Origin: a bacterium
GTDB lineage: Bacteria; Patescibacteriota; Minisyncoccia; Phycocordibacterales; GCA-002787175
DNA length: 64,000 nt
Direction: 5' to 3'
Assembly (NCBI GenBank): GCA_030699905.1
Contig: JAUYKQ010000010.1
Span: forward strand, 2,554 to 66,553
Both the position numbers and the translations under genes were made by a program. This document shows, in pieces, positions 39,150 through 49,568 of this stretch (position 1 is its first letter; each line of letters starts with the position of its first letter). The notes beneath the pieces were generated by a model. It saw nothing but the letters and a program-made list of their open reading frames with translations. It was not told the DNA's origin and did no database searches.

Positions 39150-41327
39150 ATGAGAAAGGTAAAGCTATTTAAACCATTTGTCAGCTGGTATGCCGTCTGG
39201 AATGTCATCAAAACACTCCGAAGTAGCCAGCTCGCGGAAGGTCCAAGGGTCAAAGAATTTGAAGAAAAGTTTGCCAAGAGGTTTGGGCTGGGAAATGTTG
39301 TGGCGGTCAATTCCGGGACGGCGGCTTTAGAGCTTGCCTATGAACTTGCGGGAATTGGAGAGGGGGATGAGGTCATAACCCCGATTTTGACATGTCTTTA
39401 TCAAAACGAAACGGTCTTGCTTTCTGATGGTCGTAAAATGTCGATAAAAAAAATGGTTAATCAAAAATATAACGGTGAAGTCGTTTCTTACAATCTAAAG
39501 ACTGGAGAATTTGAAAATAAAAAAGTCATCGGCTGGCATAAAAATCCCATTGCGGGCAGAAAATGGTATAGAGTATACTTTGAAAATTCTATTGTTTCTC
39601 GATCTCAGTCTGGTCGTAAAGGGGTGTGGCTTACTGAAAACCATCCTATTCTTACTAAGAGAGGGTATATTCTCGCAAAAGATTTGAAGAAAAATGATAT
39701 GGTTGCTACTTCTTTTTATTCACTAAATGACAAACAGAAAGAACTTTTTGAAGGCAGTATGCTTGGTGACGGGTATATTAGATTTGGCAGATCTGATAAC
39801 TCTTCGTGCAGATTTGGTTTTTTGCAGCAAAAGGTAAATGAGGATTATGTTAACTTGAAAATTAAAGCATTGAACTCTTTTGCGCATCAAAGTTATAACA
39901 AAGGGAAGTACAAACAGAGCGGTGAAGCTGTCGGGGCGATTTTTCGTTCTTCGCCTATCTGGAACTTAGAAAGGAAAAATTGGTATAAAAACGGTAAGAA
40001 AATTTTACCGACTTCGTTTCGAGAAATTACACTTTTTTCTCTTGCTGTCTGGTATATGGATGACGGAAGTAGGCAGGGGAATTCCGCGGTCATTTGTTCA
40101 GAATCTTTTACCCTTGCAGATAATGAGAGATTGATAAGCATATTGAATGATAGTCTTGGTGTGAAAGCTTCAATACAAAGTAATTATAGACACGGTAAAT
40201 TGGTTCCACGTATATACATAGGTAATGGCCACAATGGAGGTAAAATAATTAAAAAAGCGAATGCTTTTAAGTTTTTTAGAATGGTAGCCCCTTATATCCC
40301 GGAATCTTTGAGATATAAGTTGCCAGAGGATATAAGGTTGAATTGCCCATTTAATCCAAAATTGTGGGAGCTGAATAGGTCAAGGATTTTTTATGATTCT
40401 GTTTCCGTTATAAAAAATAAAAAACCTCTTGATGTTAAAAAGCACTTAAATTGGGTTTACTGCATTGATGTTGAAGACAATCACAATTTTATTTCCAAGA
40501 ACATAATTTTACACAATTGCACCGCCACAAATATCCCATTCGTCAGAAGAAAGGCAAAAATAATATTCGCCGATATTGACCGTGATTTGAACATAAGCGT
40601 GGAGGATGTCAAAAGGAAAATCACTGCCAAAACAAAAGCCATAATTTTCGTCCATTTCGGAGGCAACAATCGGGGATTGAAAGAGCTTTTGGAAATCGCT
40701 CGAGAAAAAAACATCATTTTGATAGAAGACGCGGCTCAAGCTGTCATCTCTGATTTTTGGGGTAAAAGCGACTATACTTGCGTTTCGTTTCAAGCAATAA
40801 AAACACTGACAACCGGAGACGGCGGCGCATTGCTGTGCAAGAAAAAAGACGATTATGAAAAAGCAAAAAAACTTCGCTGGTTCGGTTATGACAGAGAAAA
40901 AAAACAAAAATTCGGCGATGTTGACCTGAAGGATGCCGGATACAAATATCACATGAACGATATAAGCGCTTCTATTGGCCTCGGTAATTTGAAAGTTTTT
41001 GATAAAGCCGTGGCGCATCACAGAAAACTTATGACCACTTATAAAGAGTGCGGTATCACAGCGTATCCGTGGTTTGCTTTGCTATTGACGGAGAAACGAG
41101 ATGAGCTTAGAGCATATCTGAAAGACCACGGCATAGAGAGCGGTATGCAACACTACCGAAACGATATTTATACGATATTCGGCGGAAGAAAGAATTTTCC
41201 CATAATGGATGAGATTGAGAATAAGTATTTGCTTTTGCCTCTGCATATGGGAGTGACAATATCCGATGTAAAAAAGATATGTAATTTAATTAAAATATTT
41301 AATGAATCTTCTGATACGACCGCTTAA
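39150..41327 (+). CDS. DegT/DnrJ/EryC1/StrS aminotransferase containing an intein
   Basis: NSGTAAL, IEDAAQA, SFQAIKTLTTGDGG. Confidence 0.93.
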   Translation: MRKVKLFKPFVSWYAVWNVIKTLRSSQLAEGPRVKEFEEKFAKRFGLGNVVAVNSGTAALELAYELAGIGEGDEVITPILTCLYQNETVLLSDGRKMSIKKMVNQKYNGEVVSYNLKTGEFENKKVIGWHKNPIAGRKWYRVYFENSIVSRSQSGRKGVWLTENHPILTKRGYILAKDLKKNDMVATSFYSLNDKQKELFEGSMLGDGYIRFGRSDNSSCRFGFLQQKVNEDYVNLKIKALNSFAHQSYNKGKYKQSGEAVGAIFRSSPIWNLERKNWYKNGKKILPTSFREITLFSLAVWYMDDGSRQGNSAVICSESFTLADNERLISILNDSLGVKASIQSNYRHGKLVPRIYIGNGHNGGKIIKKANAFKFFRMVAPYIPESLRYKLPEDIRLNCPFNPKLWELNRSRIFYDSVSVIKNKKPLDVKKHLNWVYCIDVEDNHNFISKNIILHNCTATNIPFVRRKAKIIFADIDRDLNISVEDVKRKITAKTKAIIFVHFGGNNRGLKELLEIAREKNIILIEDAAQAVISDFWGKSDYTCVSFQAIKTLTTGDGGALLCKKKDDYEKAKKLRWFGYDREKKQKFGDVDLKDAGYKYHMNDISASIGLGNLKVFDKAVAHHRKLMTTYKECGITAYPWFALLLTEKRDELRAYLKDHGIESGMQHYRNDIYTIFGGRKNFPIMDEIENKYLLLPLHMGVTISDVKKICNLIKIFNESSDTTA
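39393..40517 (+). mobile_element. 375-aa intein with LAGLIDADG endonuclease
   Basis: PILT|CLYQNET..., block B TENHP, GSMLGDG and LAVWYMDDG, VYCIDV...HNF...LHN|C. Confidence 0.95.
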
Positions 41328-42090
41328 ATATATCAATAGTTTGCCGTTTCCCGTCACCGTTCGCCATTACGCATCGTTTGGTCACATAGGGAGACGTCTG
41401 AAAGATGGCGAATTGCGCTCAAAAGAAAGCTGGCAAACTCTTCGAGATGAACATCCCCGCTACAGAATCCCGCAAGACAGAGAGACATGGATACACGAAC
41501 TTTCTTTAAACAAGGATGGTCAGGACGACAAGTTGCAGGAAAGGATAAATGCCTTTGTTGCCCTAATTGAAAAAGAAGGTATAAGGACTGTATATTCTAT
41601 TGGAGCCGGTGGTGGGGTTTTTGAGTATTATTTAAAAAAACGATTGCCTTATATTAAGATCGTAGCATCTGAGTTAACCCAAATGGGCGTCGATCGGTTG
41701 CGACGGGTTTTTATTGAATGTGATACTGTGGAGCGTTTTGATGCCCTTAACGCGGAACATTGGAAGAAAATTGGTTCGGACCCGGAAGGTGTCGTTTTCA
41801 TATACCGCAACGAGCGTGAGTTTTCAGATGAGGACTGGAGGAAAATGTTTCGTTACATGGACGAAGCTGGCGTTCAAAAAGTATTTTTGGGGATTATGTA
41901 TATGCTAACGGTGTCTGCTTTTGTCCAAGAAAAAATAAGGAATTTAAAGCGCAGGTTTCGGGGAGAATCCGTTACGTTTGTCGGATACTTGAGAAGTCAC
42001 GAAGCATTTAGAACTTTTTGGGAAGACAGGTATAATGAACGGGAGATAAGCTTTCCAAATTGTCGAGGACTGTATTTAACCAGAACTTAA
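41302..42090 (+). CDS. SAM-dependent methyltransferase-like protein
   Basis: YSIGAGGG motif I. Confidence 0.6.
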   Translation: MNLLIRPLKYINSLPFPVTVRHYASFGHIGRRLKDGELRSKESWQTLRDEHPRYRIPQDRETWIHELSLNKDGQDDKLQERINAFVALIEKEGIRTVYSIGAGGGVFEYYLKKRLPYIKIVASELTQMGVDRLRRVFIECDTVERFDALNAEHWKKIGSDPEGVVFIYRNEREFSDEDWRKMFRYMDEAGVQKVFLGIMYMLTVSAFVQEKIRNLKRRFRGESVTFVGYLRSHEAFRTFWEDRYNEREISFPNCRGLYLTRT

Positions 42091-42095
42091 TTTAT

Positions 42096-42926
42096 ATGAA
42101 AACAGCAAAAAAGTTAGCCGTTATCGCCGGGGGGTGGCATTTCCCCATAGCATTCTTTGAACAGATAGCGGCGCAAAAGATACCTGAAGCATGGGAGGTT
42201 CAAATGTTTTTGGTATCACATCGTGATCCGTCATACGCCATAGAGGAAAAAAAGAATCTATTGCTGAATTTAGGGTATGACCGAAGAGCTCTCTATGACC
42301 GTCTTTTGTATCGTAAGGTCGCAACCGTGGAAGAAATAGAGGCATTAGGATGGAAATACGTATTGGAGCCGAATACGATGGGAGATTGGGGAAATACCAA
42401 CCAGTGGCTTGAGAAGAACGATTATAAAAATTATGACAAGTTTCTCGTCACGCACGATGACAACTTCATCCTTACCGACCGGATGTTCATGGACATTCTT
42501 CCGCAAGAAGATTGGCTTATTTTGACGAATTCTACCGGCAACGCGCAACGACGACTCCGTCAATGGTTGCATTTACCAAAGCCGTTCGCCTTACGCGGTT
42601 CGTTTGAATTTTTTACGCGCGAGATGTTTGATCTTATGGGCGGGAAATTTGATCTTTCACGCACCACTCTTACTCGCGAGGGTCAATTTACCACCTCGGG
42701 GGATTTTTCAGAGTTGAGTGACTGGAATCAAAACGATAAACCATTGAGGGATTTTATTTCGGCCCACAATCTTAAAGATAAAATAAAAGCCCTGTCACCG
42801 TTTTACCGCATGAGCAAATACTGTCTGGAAGGAGAAAGGGGATATATTCACAAGACAGAAAAATCCAACACCAAGGAAGAAGAAAAAGGACTTGACGCGG
42901 TAGAGGTGTATTATGGCAGAAAATAA
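42096..42926 (+). CDS. Hypothetical, glycosyltransferase-like
   Basis: THDDN DxD-like motif; operon context. Confidence 0.55.
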   Translation: MKTAKKLAVIAGGWHFPIAFFEQIAAQKIPEAWEVQMFLVSHRDPSYAIEEKKNLLLNLGYDRRALYDRLLYRKVATVEEIEALGWKYVLEPNTMGDWGNTNQWLEKNDYKNYDKFLVTHDDNFILTDRMFMDILPQEDWLILTNSTGNAQRRLRQWLHLPKPFALRGSFEFFTREMFDLMGGKFDLSRTTLTREGQFTTSGDFSELSDWNQNDKPLRDFISAHNLKDKIKALSPFYRMSKYCLEGERGYIHKTEKSNTKEEEKGLDAVEVYYGRK

Positions 42927-42950
42927 AACCAAGCCGTTCTTTGGATTAAC

Positions 42951-44336
42951 ATGACCGACTTTTTCCGAAAACATAAAATAGTGGTTATCATCTTTGCTCT
43001 GGCGCTTATCGCCAGGGCGGCTCTGTTTTTCATAAATCTGGACGCGAATGGCGGTAATTTTGAAGAAACCGTTCACGGTTCCGACTGGTATTTTGAAGTG
43101 GCGAAAAACTTGGAGGCAGGAGAGGGTTTTGCCATATTTGCCGGAGAGCCGAGCGCCATACATGTGCCGTTATATCCTCTGTTTTTGTTTTTTTCGCTTT
43201 TTCTCTTCGGCAACTTCGCTTTCGCTGTCGTGGTTCAGGTCATAATCGGGTCTATCATACCCGTATTGGGCAAAATTGTGGCATTCAAAATAGTGCCGTC
43301 CGAAAAAATCTCGCTTCTTGTCGGTTTTTTTCTCGCTCTTGAACCGAACTTTGTCCTTTTTTCGTCAATTTTCTTTACTGAAACGCTTTTCATTTTCATC
43401 TTCCTTTTGTTTTTTATCGCCTTCCTGACGTATTTTAAAAATACCGACGCGCGGTTTCTGGCTTTAAGCGCTTTGCTTTTAGGCATGGCTACTCTTATAA
43501 AAACGGTAACACAATTTTTACCCATTATTTTACTTCCGCTTTTGTGGTGGTTTGTCAGAAAAAAACTGCCGATAAAAACCGTTTTTCTTCACTTCGGATT
43601 GTTTGCGGTTGTGTTTGTACTTGTCTTATCTCCGTGGTTGTATAGGAATTACAAGGTTTTTGGCGCTCCCGGAATGACCATTATGCCGACTTTGAACCTT
43701 TACGCCACTTTGGTCCCTTCCGTTTTGTCCGTGGAAAACGGAACGAGTTTTAACGAAGCGCGAGATGCTTTTCTAAAGCAGACCGGAGTGGATCTCAAAA
43801 CTTTAACTTTCGCCAATGCTTCAGATTTTAACAAAGAGGCCTTTGGGGAGCTGTGGCAAAACAAACTATCGTTCATTAAAGTGTCAGCCGTTAACATATT
43901 TACTTTCTTTACACACGACGGCATGCTCACTGTTCTTGAAAACGCCGGAATAACTCCGGAGAGGTATCTTTCAAGGTCGGCGCTTGAGCTTTTCTTTTTC
44001 TCACCCGTCCAATTTGCAAAAACGGTCTACCAATATATTTTCTCTCCTTTCGTTCTTGTGCTCGTTATGCGTCTCTTTTGGCTACTTGTAACCGCGCTTT
44101 TCTTAGTGGGAACAATACTGCTTTTGCGCCGGAAAATGTTCACTGTTTCAGTCGCTCTTTCTCTGGCGACGGTTCTGTATTTTGCCGGTACGACCCCTTC
44201 AAACGGTCTTACCGTAAACGCGCGTTTTAGAATGCCTGTTTATCCGATAATACTGACAATCGCTCTATACTCCGTCTTTGAAAGAAAAAGGCAAAAGGAC
44301 GACTATTCTTCTCTAAATCCTGTTTCAACAAAATGA
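42951..44336 (+). CDS. GT-C (ArnT/PMT-like) membrane glycosyltransferase
   Basis: PLYPLF, TETLF, PWLYRNY, RFRMP; multi-TM. Confidence 0.8.
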   Translation: MTDFFRKHKIVVIIFALALIARAALFFINLDANGGNFEETVHGSDWYFEVAKNLEAGEGFAIFAGEPSAIHVPLYPLFLFFSLFLFGNFAFAVVVQVIIGSIIPVLGKIVAFKIVPSEKISLLVGFFLALEPNFVLFSSIFFTETLFIFIFLLFFIAFLTYFKNTDARFLALSALLLGMATLIKTVTQFLPIILLPLLWWFVRKKLPIKTVFLHFGLFAVVFVLVLSPWLYRNYKVFGAPGMTIMPTLNLYATLVPSVLSVENGTSFNEARDAFLKQTGVDLKTLTFANASDFNKEAFGELWQNKLSFIKVSAVNIFTFFTHDGMLTVLENAGITPERYLSRSALELFFFSPVQFAKTVYQYIFSPFVLVLVMRLFWLLVTALFLVGTILLLRRKMFTVSVALSLATVLYFAGTTPSNGLTVNARFRMPVYPIILTIALYSVFERKRQKDDYSSLNPVSTK

Positions 44337-45469
44337 AAATCACCTATATCGTAAATACACGAATGCCTAATCAAAGGGCTCACGGTTTTCAAATAGCCAA
44401 AACCTGCGAGAAATTTGCCGAATTGGGAAACGACGTTGAACTGTGGCATCCTTACAGAATAAACGACATAGGCGATGACGTTTTCGCCTATTACGGGTTG
44501 AAGAAAAATTTCAAAATCAGGGTTATTTCGGTTTTCGATCCTTTGTTTTTGGAAAGGTATATAGGAGCTCTGGCTTTTCATTTACAGTCGATGGCGTTTT
44601 TTCTTACGGTCTTTTTTTCGCCGATTGAAAAGGGCAGGGTGGTATTTACTCGCGATTTTATGGTGGCTTTTCTTTTAAGGGCGCGCGGATTTGAGGTTGT
44701 TTACAACGCGCACAATTGGTCCGGACACCGTTCTTTTTTTTCATTCCTTCTGGACAAGAAGGTGAAAATTGTCTGCAATTCCGAAGGTACATGCGCAAAG
44801 TTGAAAGATAGAGGTTTTGAAAATTCTCTTGTGGCGCGTAACGGCGTTGAAATTTCTGAATTTACCACAGTGGAGAGCAAGTCAGACATAAAGAAAAAAC
44901 TGTCTATACCCGCGGATAAAAAAGTGATAATGTATGCGGGTAACCTCTATAGATGGAAAGGCGTTGATGTTATCTTGGAAGCAGTCAAACTGCCGGAAGT
45001 CAAAAGCTTGAATGCTGTAGTTTTTATAGTCGGTGGCGACGAAAACGACGTAGAGGCATACAAGAAAAAAGTGGAAGAGGAAAACATTTCCGGCGTCGCC
45101 TTTTCCGGACATGTTTTGCGCAAAGACATACCTTTTTACCTTAAAGCGGCGGATGTCTTGATTTTGCCAAACAGCGCGGAGTCGGAAGAATCCGTAAGCT
45201 ATACTTCGCCTATAAAAATGTTTGAATACATGGCAAGTGGCGTTCCGATAATCGCTTCCGACCTTCCTTCCATTCGTGAAGTGCTAAACGATAGGAGCTG
45301 TTTTTTTGTAAAACCGGACAGACCGGAAGAGCTCGGCGGGGCTATTTCCAAAATGCTTTCAGACAGCTCGCTTTGCAAAAGAATCGCGGACCAAGCCCTT
45401 TTGGACGTAAAAAAATATACTTGGGACGAATATGCCAAGAAAATCATTCTGTTTCTTGAAAAGAATTAA
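44333..45469 (+). CDS. Glycosyltransferase family 4
   Basis: SPIKMFEYMASG. Confidence 0.9.
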   Translation: MKITYIVNTRMPNQRAHGFQIAKTCEKFAELGNDVELWHPYRINDIGDDVFAYYGLKKNFKIRVISVFDPLFLERYIGALAFHLQSMAFFLTVFFSPIEKGRVVFTRDFMVAFLLRARGFEVVYNAHNWSGHRSFFSFLLDKKVKIVCNSEGTCAKLKDRGFENSLVARNGVEISEFTTVESKSDIKKKLSIPADKKVIMYAGNLYRWKGVDVILEAVKLPEVKSLNAVVFIVGGDENDVEAYKKKVEEENISGVAFSGHVLRKDIPFYLKAADVLILPNSAESEESVSYTSPIKMFEYMASGVPIIASDLPSIREVLNDRSCFFVKPDRPEELGGAISKMLSDSSLCKRIADQALLDVKKYTWDEYAKKIILFLEKN

Positions 45470-45470
45470 A

Positions 45471-46646
45471 ATGAAAAAGAATGTTGATTTTTACAATAAA
45501 GAAAGCCGGCTGTACTCCGAGAAAAGATATCTCGGTCCCACTGACAACTTTATAAAGTATTTCTTTAGACGACGCCTTTCCATTCTTTTGGAGTTTGTGA
45601 AAAGGGAAGCGTCCGGTCATCAAAGGGGCTTGTCTCTTTTGGATATCGGTTGCGCCGATGGTTTTGTGATGAGGGAAATTTGCGATAAAAACTTCAGATG
45701 GGCGGAAAAATTTACAGGCATAGACACCTCGCCTCAAATGGTAGAAAGAGCCGTGGCAAAGTACGGGGCCGACAAGAGATTTTCTTTTTTTGTAAGAGGG
45801 GAGGAGCCGAGAGAAAAATACGATATTGTCGTGGAAATAGGGGTTCCGTTGTCAGATTGGCGAGAGGAATTCAGATACGTTCTTTCAAAACTCAAAGACG
45901 ACGGCGTATACATATTTTCCACTCCCGGGTCAAAAAATTCTCTTTATTCAAGAATAAAAAAGGATTTTCACGTTGAAAACCCGATGTCTTTTAAAGAGTT
46001 TGATTCTTTGGTGTCCGAATTCTTTGAAGTCAAAAGAGTCAAGAATTATGCTTTTTTTGTGCCGTTTTTGTGGCGTTTTCCGAGAATAGCCAGAATAAAA
46101 CAGCCATTTTTTGAAGCGATTTTGGGATTTGTTTTTCCCAAAATCAGCCATGAAAAGATTTTTCTGCTCAAAAAAAAGGCAGATAAACCGTCGTTTAAAA
46201 TTTCAAACGCCGGTTTTGTGAAGTCGGTTTTTGACGGTTTGGTTTTGAAAAAACACATCTTTTTCTTTCTCGTCAGGTATCTTTTTGCCGGTCTAACTTC
46301 TTTTTTTACAAATATTTTTCTTTTGTTTTTGTTCGCGGGAGTTCTTGGCTGGTGGTACTTGTACGCTTCCACTTTGGCTTTCGCCATTTCGGTTTTGGTC
46401 AGTTTCGTTGTTCAAAAATTGGTTACTTTCAGGGACACCACAAGGGACAAAGTCCATTATCAGGCAGGCATGTATGTCGTAATAGCTCTTTTTAACATAT
46501 GCGCCAATGCCGTTATGATGCTTGTTTTTGTGGAGAAATTCGGCATTCCGTATATGTTTTCGCAAGTTATTTCTGCCGGTTTTATAGCAGTGTGGAGCAT
46601 ATTTGTTTATAGGTTTATTATATTTCCTCGGGGTAGAATATATTGA
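45471..46646 (+). CDS. Class I methyltransferase fused to GtrA-like domain
   Basis: LDIGCADG; C-terminal 4-TM RYLFAG...QKLVTF. Confidence 0.75.
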   Translation: MKKNVDFYNKESRLYSEKRYLGPTDNFIKYFFRRRLSILLEFVKREASGHQRGLSLLDIGCADGFVMREICDKNFRWAEKFTGIDTSPQMVERAVAKYGADKRFSFFVRGEEPREKYDIVVEIGVPLSDWREEFRYVLSKLKDDGVYIFSTPGSKNSLYSRIKKDFHVENPMSFKEFDSLVSEFFEVKRVKNYAFFVPFLWRFPRIARIKQPFFEAILGFVFPKISHEKIFLLKKKADKPSFKISNAGFVKSVFDGLVLKKHIFFFLVRYLFAGLTSFFTNIFLLFLFAGVLGWWYLYASTLAFAISVLVSFVVQKLVTFRDTTRDKVHYQAGMYVVIALFNICANAVMMLVFVEKFGIPYMFSQVISAGFIAVWSIFVYRFIIFPRGRIY

Positions 46647-46647
46647 T

Positions 46648-47379
46648 ATGTGGTACAGATTTTTGGAAAAATTGCACAACAAAATTCTTTTTCTTCTCGG
46701 ATTCGGAAATCCGGATATGCGCGCAAACGGCGAATTACGCGCTTTGAGTTATGTCAAAAGCCGTCTGTCGCTCTCCGGGTCGGGCAAGATGGTGGTTTTT
46801 GACGTGGGAGCAAATGTCGGTGAATATTCCAGGGCGGTTTTAGACATCTTTCCTGAAGCTGACCTTTATCTTTTTGAACCGCAAAAAGAGCTTTTTGCCA
46901 AACTCTCAAAAGAATTTACGAATGTTTTCAAACTGGGACTAAGCGACAAGGCGGGAGTCGGACCTATTTACGGGAACAAAGACAAAAAAGGACTGGCTTC
47001 TCTTTACAATCGGAATTTGGAACACTTTAACTTGGAGCTTGCCAAACAGGAGGACGTGGAACTCGGCACCGTTTCAGGTTTTTGCGCCGGAAGAAAAATC
47101 TCCAGAATACACCTTCTCAAACTTGACGTTGAGGGGCACGAACTTCGTGTTCTTGAGGGAGCGAAAGAGATGTTTGGGAATATTGACTTTATCCAATTTG
47201 AATTTGGCGGTTGTAACATTGATTCCAAAACTTTCTTTCAGGACTTCTGGCGGTTACTCTCTAAACGTTATAAAATTTACAGGATAACCGGTGGGGGACT
47301 TAGGGAAATAAATCGGTACGAGGAGAGAAATGAAATATTTTTAACGTCAAATTATTTGGCGGAAATCAAAAAAAAATGA
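46648..47379 (+). CDS. FkbM family methyltransferase
   Basis: FDVGANVG, FEP, LKLDVEGHE. Confidence 0.9.
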   Translation: MWYRFLEKLHNKILFLLGFGNPDMRANGELRALSYVKSRLSLSGSGKMVVFDVGANVGEYSRAVLDIFPEADLYLFEPQKELFAKLSKEFTNVFKLGLSDKAGVGPIYGNKDKKGLASLYNRNLEHFNLELAKQEDVELGTVSGFCAGRKISRIHLLKLDVEGHELRVLEGAKEMFGNIDFIQFEFGGCNIDSKTFFQDFWRLLSKRYKIYRITGGGLREINRYEERNEIFLTSNYLAEIKKK

Positions 47380-48095
47380 CAAATAAAAAACTTTCAATAA
47401 TAATACCGGCGTGGAACGAAGAAAAGACGGTCGGCAAAGTAATTGAAAAGGTTTTAGCCGCGCCATTTCCCGTTGGTTGGCAAAAAGAAGTTATCGCCGT
47501 AAATGACGGTTCTTCAGACGGAACAAAAGCGGTGATTGACAGTTTTTCCACGAGGATAAAAGCCGTTCACATGTCCAAAAACGGTGGGAAAGGGAGCGCC
47601 GTGAAGGAAGGGTTGAAAAAAGCTTCTGGAGATTTTGCCGTCATTCAGGATGCCGACCTTGAGTGTGATCCCGCGGAGATAGCTCTGCTTCTTGAAGCTC
47701 TTCAGAAATCGCCTCAAGAAAAAACAGCTGTCATGGGTTCTCGTGAGATGTTTTACGGCAACCAGAAGGACTGGTCTTTGTCGCGACTTGGTTCTCTGTC
47801 CATAACCACTCTTATCAACTTTCTTTACGGCTCTTCTTTTTCGGACGCTCTCATGTGTTACAAGCTTTTTCCTCGCCGAACTTTCGGTTATTTTCAAGGG
47901 GGAGGTTTTGACTCCGAAATGATTTTCCTTGTAAATCTTTTGAAGGACGGCTATAAAGTCATTGAGGTGCCTGTTACTTATAATCCAAGAGACAAGGGTC
48001 AAGGTAAAAAAATAAGCTATATCCACGGAGTGCAGATTATCTTTAAAATTTTGCGTTTGTGGATTTCGCATAAGTTTGGTAAAAAAAATGAATAG
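47376..48095 (+). CDS. Glycosyltransferase family 2 (DPM1-like)
   Basis: IPAWNEE, NDGSSD, QDADLE. Confidence 0.9.
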   Translation: MTNKKLSIIIPAWNEEKTVGKVIEKVLAAPFPVGWQKEVIAVNDGSSDGTKAVIDSFSTRIKAVHMSKNGGKGSAVKEGLKKASGDFAVIQDADLECDPAEIALLLEALQKSPQEKTAVMGSREMFYGNQKDWSLSRLGSLSITTLINFLYGSSFSDALMCYKLFPRRTFGYFQGGGFDSEMIFLVNLLKDGYKVIEVPVTYNPRDKGQGKKISYIHGVQIIFKILRLWISHKFGKKNE

Positions 48096-48798
48096 CCAAA
48101 ACAAACTAAGTTCCGTTTCTTTTTTCTGTCCGGCCTATAGGGAGGAGAAAAACCTTCCCGACCTTATTCCAGTCGTCTCGGATTTTTTGGAGAAAAACGC
48201 TTTGAAATACGAGATTTTGATAATTGAGGACGGCAGTCCGGACAACACTTTTCAAGTGGCAAAAGATTTGGCCAAACGTTTCCCTCATGTACGCGTTATT
48301 CATCATGAAAAAAACGCCGGTTACTCGGCGACTCTTAAGGAGGGTTTTGAAATATCGCAATATGATTATGTAATGTATACGGATGGCGACAATCAATACA
48401 ACGTTTTTGATTTTGAACCCGGTTTGCATTTGCTTGAGAGCAATGACGTCATAGCCGGATACGCCATAAAAAAAGCGGTTTCTCCCTTTAGGAAGTTTCA
48501 GTCATGGACGCACAATTTTTTAATATCTTTGCTTTTTTTCACCGCTTTTCGGGATATAAACTGTTCAATGAAAATATTTAAGAGAAAGGTTATAGAAAAT
48601 TTGGAGATTAAAAGCAATCCTCGTGGGGCTTTCATTGATGCCGAAATGATGATAAAAGCCAAGCGTACGGGTTTCAAAATAAAGCAATTCCCGGTGACTC
48701 ATTATGAAAGGAAGGTTGGGATAGCTATCGGTTCAAAGCCGAGTGTTATTTTCCATACAATCACAGACATGATAAAGCTTAGACTGGGCTTGCTGTAA
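48088..48798 (+). CDS. Glycosyltransferase family 2
   Basis: EDGSPD, TDGDNQ. Confidence 0.9.
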   Translation: MNSQNKLSSVSFFCPAYREEKNLPDLIPVVSDFLEKNALKYEILIIEDGSPDNTFQVAKDLAKRFPHVRVIHHEKNAGYSATLKEGFEISQYDYVMYTDGDNQYNVFDFEPGLHLLESNDVIAGYAIKKAVSPFRKFQSWTHNFLISLLFFTAFRDINCSMKIFKRKVIENLEIKSNPRGAFIDAEMMIKAKRTGFKIKQFPVTHYERKVGIAIGSKPSVIFHTITDMIKLRLGLL

Positions 48799-48808
48799 AA
48801 ATTTGTCA

Positions 48809-49567
48809 ATGAGAGAAAAATTCTATAAAACCTACTTTAAGATTGAGAAAGAGCATTGGTTGATGAAAGTGCGTCGGCGCGTTGTTTTTGACGTCCTTCA
48901 TAACGTACTTGAAAAAAATAAAGAGAGTAAAATCCTTGATTTCGGATGCGGTTCCGGGATTCTCGTGGAAGAATTATCTTCCGAGGGTTACAAAGCATTT
49001 GGTGTAGATGTTTCAAGAGAAGCGATTAGGTTTGGAAATTCAGAAGGTATTAAAAATATTAAAGTCATGGCCTCGGACAAGATAGATTTTCCGGATAACG
49101 TATTTGATGTCGTAACGGCTCTTGATGTATTGGAGCATTTAGAGAATGAAAAGTTGTCGATGAAAGAGATTGAAAGAGTCTTAAAACCCGGTGGAGTCCT
49201 CATCGTTATGGTTCCTGCTTATATGTTTTTGTGGGGGGTTCAGGATGAAGTGGCGCATCATTATAGAAGATATACCGAGAGCTCTCTGCTTACGGTGATT
49301 AAGAAATCCGGATGTATTTTACCATTCAGGACAACATACTTTAATAGTTTTCTTTTTTTTCCGATTGCGGCTGTTCGCCTGTTGAGCAGGGCGTTGAATC
49401 TAAGGAATAGAGAATCTGATTTTGATATCAACAATGTATTTTTGAATAAATTGTTTTTTGCTATTTTTAATTTGGAAAGAATTCTTCTAAAAAAAATTAG
49501 TTTTCCTTTCGGAGTTTCTATATTGTCGGTATGTAAAAAGTCAGAAAAATCTGGAGATCTGTTTTAG
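48809..49567 (+). CDS. Class I SAM methyltransferase
   Basis: LDFGCGSG, LDVLEH, HYRRY. Confidence 0.9.
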   Translation: MREKFYKTYFKIEKEHWLMKVRRRVVFDVLHNVLEKNKESKILDFGCGSGILVEELSSEGYKAFGVDVSREAIRFGNSEGIKNIKVMASDKIDFPDNVFDVVTALDVLEHLENEKLSMKEIERVLKPGGVLIVMVPAYMFLWGVQDEVAHHYRRYTESSLLTVIKKSGCILPFRTTYFNSFLFFPIAAVRLLSRALNLRNRESDFDINNVFLNKLFFAIFNLERILLKKISFPFGVSILSVCKKSEKSGDLF

Positions 49568-49568
49568 T

